Origin: Octopus vulgaris
Lineage: Eukaryota
DNA: 64,000 bases
Direction of reading: 5' to 3'
NCBI GenBank assembly: GCA_951406725.2
Contig: OX597819.1
Location: 11,036,001 to 11,100,000, forward strand
Part shown: in pieces, positions 13,011 through 23,824 of the stretch
Numbering within the stretch: the stretch's first letter is position 1
Layout of the letters: every line of letters begins with the position of its first letter
The notes under the pieces: generated by a model
The model's database searches: none
What the model was told of the DNA's origin: nothing
The model's input: only the letters and a program-made list of their open reading frames with translations
Made by a program: the position numbers and the translations under genes

Positions 13011-13589
13011 ATCCTTCACCTTGAAGAACCTATCCTTCACCTTGAAGAAGCTTTTTGTTTTCAGGAAATACATCCCTGAACTTTTTCCAATAAGTTCTTA
13101 CTCGGACTATTATGTTCACAGAATACACACCCAGCTACTAAGTAGGTCTCCTCAGTAAAAGAAGCTATTGACTACTTTTAGAGAATTGCCTGAACAGACC
13201 GAGTCTATATTGCAAGCACTCATAGAACCTGCAGTCACTACCTCATGCAAAGTTGACTTTACACCTCTTTTACTTGGATCTTCAAGAGGTGTAGTGGGTA
13301 ATGAATTTTCATCAGCTCCTTTTCTATATATCAAGCATGGTTATTTTTCCGATGGAAACAGGATCGCTTCTTTCTTGCTTAATCTTAGTCTTTGCTAAAT
13401 TCCCTTTCAAGAGACTCAATTCCTGGTTTGTCTCCAAAACTGAAATGTTTTTTCTAATTCTACTGCAGATTCAGCTATAATATCTGTCATTAGTATAATG
13501 GGAGCTCCCATGGGCAGTGGTCTTAAGCTAAGTTGACTATAGGAATAGAAGTTTCTATTAGATTCAAATGAACAAGGTAGGTGTCTGTC

Positions 13590-13633
<44 letters not shown>

Positions 13634-13639
13634 ATACAT

Positions 13640-13946
13640 ATCACCGTGATCACCGTGACCGACCAGGCTATCAGATGTTACACATTGCTGGTCACAATGT
13701 GCTTCGCATTGTTTTAGCCTTCAAATGACGCCACCCCGCTGGCTAAGCGAGCAGGCCAACAGAAGAAAGAGTGAGAGAAAGTGGCGAAAGAGTACAGCAG
13801 GGATCGCCACCACCCCCTGCCGGAGCCTCATGGAGCTTTAGGTGTTTTCGCTCAATAAACACTCTCAACGCCCGGTCTGGGAATCAAAACCGTGATCCTA
13901 CGACCGCGAGTCCACTGCCCTAACCACTAGGCCATTGCGCCTCCAC
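13640..13946 (-). mobile_element. SINE family B, alternative-tail subfamily
   Basis: Same tRNA-like head and body as 29526-29907 but an unrelated 3' half. Confidence 0.85.
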
Positions 13947-14244
13947 GTGTATACATATATATCAGTATATACTTCATAAAGGACCCATTGTACCTCAGTA
14001 TGAAATAATTTTTTTCCACAGATTTTTTAAAGTATCAATGTATCTGATCTCCAAACCTACCACAAGCCATTTTTTTTACTAAAAAAAAAAACAGAATAGG
14101 GTGGCATACTCTGAGAAACCCCATAGAGTTTTCTTTTGGGAGGTAGAAATAAAAGTAAAGGTGAAAGAGCAAAAAACATTAAAAACACCTTACAAACTTT
14201 CTTCTTCCGCTCAGTCTTCGTTGGTAATTGTTTGATGGTGATGA

Positions 14245-14957
14245 CCCACGAGAGCAGGGTATAACTTGGCTACCTCTATGAAGAACTTGTGCGACAGACT
14301 TTCTTCATAACTCTCTTTTAACTCTTTTACTTGTTTCAGTCATTTGACTGCGGTCATGCTGGAGCACCGCCTTTAGTTGAGCAAATTGTCCCCGGGACTT
14401 ATTCTTTGTAAGCCCAGTACTTATTCTATCGGTCACTTTTGCCGACCCGCTAAGTGACGGGGGACGTAAACACACCAGCATCGGTTGTCAAGCAATGCTA
14501 GGGGGACAAACACAGACACACAAACATATACACACACACTTATATATATATAAATATATACGACAGGCTTCTTTCAGTTTCCGTCTACCAAATCCACTCA
14601 CAAGGCATTGGTCGGCCCGGGGCTATAGCAGAAGACACTTGCCCAAGATGGAGAAATTATAAATAAATATCTTGCAAGATATTGTTGCAGATATTTTGAT
14701 TGAATTCCTGGCCTTAGGATTGATTCTTTTATGTTTCTCCGGAGTCTTTCAATGTTTTGTGTGTGTGTTTTTATGTGTGTTATCCAGAAATTTTTTACAG
14801 TGGTTAACAGCAAAAAAACTGATAACCTAAAGAATTTAAGTACTTGTAGGTTGGCCAGGTATCACTACACACTATACTCCCAGGTTTAATATATTGTTGA
14901 ATGAGAGGAACACGTGTGGTGCTGTCACACTTCTTTCCTTGTAAATTTGTAACAATT
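14245..14957 (-). pseudogene. Merlin (IS1595-like) transposase relic, C-terminal half, interrupted by a SINE
   Basis: PLIQQYIKPGSIVCSDTWPTYKYLNSLGY..VNH, HTQNIE...YLARYLF, HKFFIEVAKLYP. Confidence 0.8.
14311..14650 (-). mobile_element. SINE family A, head missing
   Basis: Family A body and tail. Confidence 0.85.
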
Positions 14958-15497
14958 CATCATCATCATCATCGTTTAATGTCCGTTTTCCGCGCTAGCA
15001 CGGGTTGGACGGTTCGACCGGGGTCTGGGAAGCCAGGGGCTGCACCAGGCTCCAGTCTGATCTGGCAGTGTTTCTACAGCTGGATGCCCTTCCTAACGCC
15101 AACCACTCCGCGAGTGTAGTGGGTGCGTTTTATGTGCCACCAGCACAGGTACCAGGGGAGACTGGCATTGGCCACGATCGGTTGGTGCTTTTAACGTGCC
15201 ACCGGCATGGAAGCCAGCGAAGGCGGCGCTGGCATCGGCCACGTTCGGATGGTGCTTTTTATGTGCCACCGGCACAGAAGCCAGACAGTGGCACATAAAA
15301 AGCACCATCCGAACGTGGGCGATGCCAGCGCCGCCTTAGCTGGCTTCTGTGCTGGTGGCACGTTAAAAGCACCAACCGATCGTGGATGATGTCAGCCTCC
15401 CTTGGCACCTGTGCCGGTGGCACGTAAAAAGCACCCACTACACTCGCGGAGTGGTTGGCGTTAGGAAGGGCATCCAGCTGTAGAAACACTGCCAGAT
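14958..15497. mobile_element. RTE 3' UTR insertion with inverted duplication
   Basis: Minus copy 14958-15286 and plus copy 15288-15497; TSD AATTTGTAA(C/T)AATT at 14944-14957 / 15498-15511. Confidence 0.85.
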
Positions 15498-15934
15498 AAT
15501 TTGTAATAATTAACTGAACTAAATAGATGAGTTCTGGTTACAGTTCAACTGTTCTAGTTGTCTAGGGGTTAGCAGTTCAACTATCAGGACAGTTAATTTA
15601 AGTAGAAAACATGTCTTGGTGCAACAGCTCCACAAGGTTTTTATTGCAAACTGACCATGTTGCATAGATATGTTGTATGTCACTTACAAATCTTTTTCTT
15701 TTATGGCTTTCTCTTGCAACTTGAAGTAGTTAATAGAACAAGCATTATCGAATGCAAAAGAGTCGCATTATTTTGGTGAATACTTCAGAGATAAATAATT
15801 ACAATTGCAAAATATATATATCAGGAGTAATCTCCCTTTGTTCACTCTTAAAGAGTAAGCCAAGCCAATATAGTCTAGTTTTTTTTTTTTCCTAAAGATA
15901 ACTAGTCGTGAAGAGATGACAAGAATAAAATTTT

Positions 15935-16392
15935 GCAAAACTTCTGCCCCCTCCCCCCCAAAAAAACCACCCTTTCTTTTAAATCTTTTAATTTCGACAC
16001 AACCCCTCCCCTTTTCAGCTACAAAGAATACGAATCTGCTAAAAAATTGGCAAAAATTGGCATTTTTAAATTACCACATTTCCTTCATTTTGTTACTTTT
16101 TTCAGAAATGCGTTTTTTTTTTTTTTTTTATTAAATATGCAAAAAATACGCATTTTATGATTCTGAAAAAAATTTCAAAGCATTTATGTAGTTATGGTTA
16201 GGGTTAGGGTTGGGAAAAAAACTCAAAATTGAAGAATTTAACTGGGGGAAGGGGGAAAAAATTTTCACAATGCTAATTTTTGGCAATTTTCTGGAACCGC
16301 CGTATCCGAAAATGGGGGTTTTTAGCAAAAAAAAAAAAATTTTTTTAAATAAACAAATTTGGGAGAAAATCAGGGGTGGCAGAAGTCTTTCC
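15935..16392. mobile_element. MITE with imperfect TIRs
   Basis: GCAAAACTTCTGCC / GGCAGAAGTCTTTCC ends; TAAAATT on both flanks; internal GGTTAGGGTTAGGG. Confidence 0.55.
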
Positions 16393-16817
16393 TAAAATTC
16401 CTTAACTAATCCATCAAAGTATTCTACGGAAAAAGTTTAGATAAATGATAAGGTCATAACATAGAATAATGCCGCATCTATTACACTAATGTCAGACATT
16501 TCAACATTATGTGGCACACAAGGCTGTGAGTGACATAGCCTCATGAGGATATTGTAAATGTCACTAAAAAACATGGAAAAATTGTGGTTTTTATAACCTT
16601 CATTGGAAACTTCTAGAAGCGTCCAGAAACAATCTTTTGGAATAATTTTGGTTAAAAACCAGAACAGCTTTGGCTAGTATATTTTTCAACCAATGAAATG
16701 AGTCCTTTCAAATTAAATTTGCTTTACTAGCAAATTACTGCCAAAAGAATTTTCTTACAAACCAACTCTAGTTTATTTCCATTCAAAAATACTTTGCTGA
16801 AATGCTTTTTACTACAA

Positions 16818-17290
16818 GCATTTAATTGCTCATTTGATGCCACCAAACAACTAAATTTGGCTCAGTAGTCAACCCACTACATATTTTCTTTGAACAATCA
16901 AAGTTTCGTAGATCTCCACTTCCACACCAAAACCACAACTGTGTAAACCTCATGTCCTTCACTTCGCTACAAAACTATCACCAATCCGTGGTGCTCTTTA
17001 TGGGCATTTTCAGGCATTTTCCACCGCTTTACGGTCCCATAAGTGACTCGCAAATTGGTTTACACAGAGCATAACTTTCCATGAAGGAATGTGAACATTG
17101 TCCAAAAACGAACTTTTGAAATTGAAAACAGGATAGTTACAAAAGCGTCTTTTCTTTAGGAATGACATTTTTTCCTCAACACCATCATAAATGTTTGTCT
17201 TCTCTATAAATACATTCATTGCTACAATATGGACATATCACTATTTTTGGTAATACTCCATGCGAACGAAGAAACTCAACGCATACTTTC
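16818..17290 (-). pseudogene. Merlin transposase relic, N-terminal half
   Basis: EFLRSHGVLPKIVICPYC; STTDW..FCSEV; GVEVEIYET..QRKY..G...LFGGI. Confidence 0.75.
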
Positions 17291-18101
17291 AACGAATCTC
17301 ACATCTTCCCCATCTTGATGTTTTCACAGTGAAATATTGACGGGTACTTTATCACAAATAGCTGGTATGTTGTAGCATAGCAGCCAAATCTTCCCTTTTC
17401 AATGTCACATTTGTTGAAAGCATGTGAAATAACCTGGGGAAAAAACCTGTGAAACAAAACTCCATTGGTGGGAAACTCCGAGGTCCCAACCACCCCTTCC
17501 CACTTTGTTTTCTGCAGTGAGTTTGGAAGTCTGCAATGTTGAATGCACACAAAAAACCTGTAGAAAAAATATTATTTCACACCAAGGTATGAACGGGTCC
17601 TTTATGAAATACTTACCAAGTTCACTATATTGAGACTGATGTGTCAAAAGAATATTGACTGAAATTTAAAAAATTAAAACAGCCATCAAATTAAAACACA
17701 AAATGCCAGATATTGTTGTGTGGGACCACAAGAAAAAGATGTGCCATTGTGGAAAGCAGCAGCCCTCTGAACACTAATGTGATCAGACACATACAGTAGA
17801 AAGAGGACATCTACGGGCTCTTGATAAGGAGTTCTCAAATCCAGATACCAAGATATACTTTCAGCTTCATTACCTATTAGTACTGGATATGTACCAACCC
17901 ATCTGGAGCAAAATATGGCGAAACTTGGATTCTTGGGGAGAGATTGCAACACTACAAATGATTACGATATCTGGGTCTATAAAACCTGCAAGACCTTCTT
18001 GAGATTTAAAGAGTGATGAACAAAACAAAATGCTTTCCTTCATAATCTTGATACCAAGCAGCTGGCTGGTCAAAATTAACTCTAAATTAAAAAAGAATAA
18101 A

Positions 18102-18150
<49 letters not shown>

Positions 18151-18153
<3 letters not shown>

Positions 18154-18400
18154 AATATGTTACATTACTCGATAGTCAAGATAAAACTCTGAGTTTCAGA
18201 TGCCGAAGTGGAAATCCACAACACCATCTCTTTGGTTATCTGGGTATTAAGAGATGGTGTTGTGGATTTCCACTTCGGCATCTGAAACTCAGAGTTTTAT
18301 CTTGACTATCGAGTAATGTAACATATTATTTTATAGATAAATTTCCTCTATTTACATAATATTGAGGTCTCTTTCTTTCTTTTGTTATCTTACCGTTTTA

Positions 18401-18404
<4 letters not shown>
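18151..18404 (+). mobile_element. Fold-back hammerhead element family H3 in (TA)n
   Basis: Perfect 82-bp arms 18151-18232 / 18249-18330, 16-nt loop, tail 18331-18404, (TA)n both sides. Confidence 0.8.
18179..18241 (-). ncRNA. Hammerhead motif, core decayed (CCAAAGA)
   Basis: Minus strand AGATAA-CCAAAGA-GATG..CATC T-GAAA-CTC A GAG-TT-TTATCT. Confidence 0.5.
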
Positions 18405-18439
<35 letters not shown>

Positions 18440-18621
18440 AAAGGGCTTAGTAAAATAAATTACTTTGCCGCATACTGAACTCATTAGAAATAGCAGCTAA
18501 AAAAACTTTTTAAAAACTATTTCCAATACTTAAAGAAAACCTCTCTCATATAGTGTTTGCTCAACTCAACTCACTAAAGTATGGGGGTAGAGACATTAAA
18601 AAATCAAATGCAAAGGTTATT

Positions 18622-18674
18622 TGAGAACGTACGTTTCAAGATTAGTCAAAATCGACACTTCTATCATCAGCTCA
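18622..18674 (-). ncRNA. Type-I hammerhead ribozyme motif, canonical CUGAUGA core
   Basis: Minus strand TGAG-CTGATGA-T AGA..GTC..GAC..TCT T-GAAA-CGTACG-TT-CTCA; palindromic stem III. Confidence 0.8.
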
Positions 18675-19180
18675 GAACTCCCTGGTTTGGATTTGAAAAC
18701 ACTGAAAGTGGGAGCATACCCTTTCGGCTTGTTATCACTTCTGAAGATCTGCTCAAAACTAACAGTGCCAGCAAATTCAAATATGCAAGCGAAGAATTTC
18801 TGCTCTCCCCTTTCCACCAGCGTGGGCTAAAATCAACAAACACTATGCTTTTTTCGGTAAAATCCGAGGCATTATATAGAGAGAGATGAATTATAATTTC
18901 AACAATTGAGGGTAAAATTAATTAATTAATCAATTTCACCAAGTATTCAGTATACAAAGGGACCATTTAAGGCGAATTCAAATTATTACATTATATAAAA
19001 GGGCTTAGTAAAATAAATTACTTTGCCGCATACTGAACTCATTAGAAATAGCAGCTAAAAAAAACTTTTTAAAAACTATTTCCAATACTTAAAGAAAACC
19101 TCTCTCATATAGTGTTTGCTCAACTCAACTCACTAAAGTATGGGGGTAGAGACATTAAAAAATCAAATGCAAAGGTTATT

Positions 19181-19233
19181 TGAGAACGTACGTTTCAAGA
19201 TTAGTCAAAATCGACACTTCTATCATCAGCTCA
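19181..19233 (-). ncRNA. Type-I hammerhead ribozyme motif, second identical copy
   Basis: Identical to 18622-18674, offset 559 bp. Confidence 0.8.
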
Positions 19234-19727
19234 GAACTCCCTGGTTTGGATTTGAAAACACTGAAAGTGGGAGCATACCCTTTCGGCTTGTTATCACTTC
19301 TGAAGATCTGCTCAAAACTAACAGTGCCAGCAAATTCAAATATGCAAGCGAAGAATTTCTGCTCTCCCCTTTCCACCAGCGTGGGCTAAAATCAGCAAAC
19401 ACTATGCTTTTTTCGGTAAAATCCGAGGCATTATATAGAGAGAGATGAATTATAATTTCAACAATTGAGGGTAAAATTAATTAATTAATCAATTTCACCA
19501 AGTATTCAGTATACAAAGGGACCATTTAAGGCGAATTCAGTATTGGAAATAGTTTTTAAAAAGTTTTTTTAGCTGCTATTTCTAATGAGTTCAGTATGCG
19601 GCAAAGTAATTTATTTTACTAAGCCCTTTTATATAATGTAATAATTTGAATTCGCCTTAAATGGTCCCTTTGTATACTGAATACTTGGTGAAATTGATTA
19701 ATTAATTAATTTTACCCTCAATTGTTG

Positions 19728-19777
<50 letters not shown>

Positions 19778-20001
19778 GAGAGAGAAGTTATGAGAGGTAA
19801 TAGTGTCAATAAGACCAAAGGTGTCAGGTAATGCTGAGTAAGTGCTATGGACAGACTATAGTTAAGCTCCAGGTTCGGTGATTATGTAAATAAGGAGTCC
19901 AATGTGGGTCATATATCAGCATGTGTATATATAAAAAATTATTTTCAGAATGAGATAAAAAACCAAGGCTGTGAAGATTTTAGAACATTCATAAATAGAA
20001 G

Positions 20002-20049
20002 GTCTTACAGCTGTTTCTGGGATATTTATTATATCCCTTCATCGGAGAC
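20002..20049 (-). ncRNA. Hammerhead motif (CCGAUGA core, stems intact)
   Basis: Minus strand GTCT-CCGATGA-A GGGATA..TATCCC A-GAAA-CAGCTG-TA-AGAC. Confidence 0.7.
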
Positions 20050-20212
20050 GGTGTGAGAAAATGGTTAAGCAATAGTTAATTTAGATAAGATATGAAATAG
20101 AGAATGAAGTGGAGGAATCCCTGCATATCTCACATCTATTTTCATTCCTCCACTTCACTCTCTATTTCATATCTTATCTAAATTAACTATTGCTTAACCA
20201 TTTTCTCACACC

Positions 20213-20260
20213 GTCTCTGATGAAGGGATATAATAAATATCCTGGAAACAGCTATAATAC
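20213..20260 (+). ncRNA. Hammerhead motif (CUGAUGA core, stems I and III mutated)
   Basis: GTCT-CTGATGA-A GGGATA..TATCCT G-GAAA-CAGCTA-TA-ATAC. Confidence 0.6.
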
Positions 20261-20325
20261 CTTCTATTTATAAATGTTCTAAAATCTTCACAGCCTTGGT
20301 TTTTTATTTCATTCTGAAAAAAAAT

Positions 20326-20365
<40 letters not shown>

Positions 20366-20367
<2 letters not shown>

Positions 20368-20645
20368 TCTTTTACTCTTTTACTTGTTTCAGTCATTTGA
20401 CTGTGGCCATGCTGGAGCACCACCTTTAGTCGAACAAATCGACTCCGGGACTTATTCTTTGTAAGGCTAGTACTTATTCTATCGGTCTCTTTTGCTGAAC
20501 CGCTAAGTTACAGGGACGTAAACACACCAGCATCGGTTGTCAAGCGATGTTGGGAGGACAAACACAGACACAAACACATACACACACATACATATATATA
20601 TACATATATATGACGGGCTTCTTTCAGTTTCCGTCTATCAAATCC

Positions 20646-20646
<1 letters not shown>
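20366..20646 (-). mobile_element. SINE family A, head missing
   Basis: Family A body and tail. Confidence 0.85.
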
Positions 20647-20679
<33 letters not shown>

Positions 20680-21366
20680 GCATGTATAGAAACTGAGAAA
20701 ATGTATGACTTGTTTCACATAGAAAACTTGAATTTCATCATACTTTTGTTCTAAGAAGCAATCGTACAATTAGATTTCCTTCCATATATATTCTGTCATA
20801 AAAAATTTGTTAAAGTATTTCTGAAGTGGACAGTGATGTCTTTAAAAGACTAGAATTTTGAGTAGATGCAAGTATGTGTATATGTATGTGTAATTGTATG
20901 TAGGTTCATGAGTATGTGTGTTGGTGTGCTTTTAGAAGAGAATGGATGTGGTTTGTTTTTGTTATAGCTGTTATATTTACTTGATATGTTTGTTATTCAA
21001 ATGTCAAATTTTTGTCTTTTTGTGAATTAGATTACTTTGTGCTTAATTATGATCTTAGTAATTAAAAGCCAAATTTAAAAAGATAGAAAGCAAAATGTTA
21101 TCAAAAATATTATCTAAAATCGTGTAAAAAAATTTGATTTTTCAGATATTTTCATCTATTTCAAAATTTAGACATAAAGAGATCACAGCACAACTAATCC
21201 TTATTAATGTTCTATATAGTTCTGAAGATTAGAAAATAAGGAATACATCAAAGCAACTCCAAGAGATTCATGAAAAGATTTTTAACAAAAATCATACTTA
21301 AATAAGCTTCAGTTTATCTAATCTCAAAATCCTGTTGCTATACTTAAAATACTTTAGAATATATGA

Positions 21367-21404
<38 letters not shown>

Positions 21405-21418
21405 TTATTATTCTTTAA

Positions 21419-21630
21419 GGCAGTGAGCTGGCAGAAATGTTAGCACGCCAGGTGAAATGCTTTGCAGTATTTCGTCCGTCTTTATGTTCTGAGTTCAAAT
21501 TCTGCCAAGATTGATTTTGCCTTTCATCCTTTTGGGGTTGATAAATTAAGTACCAGTTGCATACTAGGGTTGATCTAATCGACTAGCCCCCTCCCCAAAA
21601 TTTTCGGGCCTTGTACCTAGAGTAGAAAAG
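21419..21630 (+). mobile_element. SINE family C
   Basis: Homologous to 7042-7271, followed by (TTA)n. Confidence 0.8.
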
Positions 21631-21678
<48 letters not shown>

Positions 21679-21680
21679 GC

Positions 21681-22100
21681 TGAGCGAGAGAGCAGTGCAT
21701 GGCATCAAAGTGACACTGGGGTAAAATATACAAAACCCAGTATACCCATCTTGACTACCTGTCTGATAAGGGTACACCAGGCACATGCATCACAACCATA
21801 TGGTGATCTCATATCAAGATTAACAGCCCATGAACTTGCAGGTGGGGCCCAGTTAGAATTTCCTTCAGGTTGAGTTGCCCATCCCACTCAAAAGGTCTCA
21901 AATAGGGGTTGTTTAAGGATGTTGAATGCAACACCCATGTTTCCAGAGGTGAATTATCAAACCTTAAGCAATTCTTCTCAACACACGGCTATGATGCTCC
22001 CCAACTACTCCTGCTTGTGATCAGAGATGCACATATCATCAGCCATTAAGGTTAAGGTCAAACAACTGACAAGCAAATCTGTGGTACTGAGCAGAATATT
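21681..22100 (-). mobile_element. Unclassified ~450-bp repeat family E, (TAA)n-associated
   Basis: Homologous to 22112-22593, 26977-27450 and 38652-38990. Confidence 0.75.
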
Positions 22101-22111
22101 ATCATTATTAT

Positions 22112-22735
<624 letters not shown>

Positions 22736-22849
22736 TAAAACAGTTTGATTCAGCTTCAACTAGGTTTAACAGAAATGTAACTTGTTCAGGCTCAGATTAC
22801 CTAATGGAGAAATGCAGGAAGTCCAAGATTGCTACTGGACAAGTACATA

Positions 22850-23150
22850 AAGGATCTGATAAAAATATTCAAAGAATTTGGCCTGTCCATAGCAGTGACC
22901 ATCAACTTGACCATGGTTGATTTCTTGCTGTGACTCTAGAGCTGAAAACAAGCAAGTAATACCCTTACAAGAAGCCAATGAGGAAACTATATACATCCAC
23001 AGAATCTCAAATTTTCCACCACCACTGTAATTAGAAACCTTGTCTCAGGTGTTAGTAGAATATCTAAGTTTTCAGTAAACAGGGTGAGCTTCAACAGAGC
23101 CACCCCAACTACAATGATGCATTGGCGAGAAGTGAGTTTACAGAGAAGTT
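22850..23150 (+). pseudogene. Penelope-like reverse transcriptase relic (C-terminal RT/thumb)
   Basis: Across frameshifts: KDLIKIFKEFGLSI..NL..VDFL/VTLEL...YPYKKP/NEETIYIH.ISNFPP/..RISKFS..../YNDALARS. Confidence 0.8.
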
Positions 23151-23204
23151 TTACACATGAAACAGACCAGAATGAGAAAGATAACCCTCCACTTCACCCA
23201 TATA

Positions 23205-23411
23205 CTCTCTCTTTTACTTGTTTCAGTCATATGACTGCGGCCATGCTGGAGCACCGCCTTTAGTCGAGCAAATCGACCCCGGGACTTATTCTTTGTAAGC
23301 CCAGTACTTATTCTATCGGTCTCTTTTTGCCAAACTGCTAAGTGACGGAGACATAAACACACCACCATCGGTTGTCAAGCAATGCTAGGGGGAACAAACA
23401 CAAACACACAA

Positions 23412-23444
<33 letters not shown>

Positions 23445-23615
23445 CATATATACGACAGGCTTCTTTCAGTTTCCATCTACCAAATCCACTCACAAGGCAT
23501 TGGTCGGCCCGGGGCTATAGCAGAAGACACTTGCCCAAGATGCCACGCAGTGGGACTGAACCCGGAACCATGTGGTTGGTTAGCAAGCTACTTACCACAC
23601 AGCCACTCCTGCGCC
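23205..23615 (-). mobile_element. SINE family A
   Basis: Full-length reverse-complement copy. Confidence 0.9.
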
Positions 23616-23824
23616 TATCATGAAAATTGTTCGAAAACAATTGTTTAAAAACAATTATTAGAAAAAGTTATTTGAATTGCCAATTTAGTGAAATAAAATT
23701 ATTCGAATTGACAATTTGTTGATTTGAACATGTGCCAGTGACATACATTACCAGAAAGTGAAAGACAGAAAATACTTTGCTCCTGCTGATTTACCTGGAA
23801 TCTATATACCCTTTAAAAATAGCT

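Larger units (their letters stand above)
18432..19735. mobile_element. Tandem 558-559 bp hammerhead repeat with inverted terminus (family H4, retrozyme-like)
   Basis: Units start at 18432 and 18990 and differ at about 2 sites; 19539-19735 is the reverse complement of the unit junction; (TA)n flanks. Confidence 0.85.
19786..20326 (-). mobile_element. Fold-back hammerhead element family H2 in (TA)n
   Basis: Arms about 19937-20118 / 20144-20326, tail 19786-19936; homologous to 10770-11140. Confidence 0.8.

Noticed and set aside
16196-16214. TTAGGG telomere-like repeats
   Set aside because: Only 2-3 units, inside a MITE
17690-18075. Minus-strand ORFs similar to 39302-39514
   Set aside because: Probably very old LINE RT debris; too degenerate to classify
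18581-19448. Duplicated 102-aa ORF in the tandem unit
   Set aside because: No recognisable domain, antisense to the ribozyme, and duplicated only because the unit is
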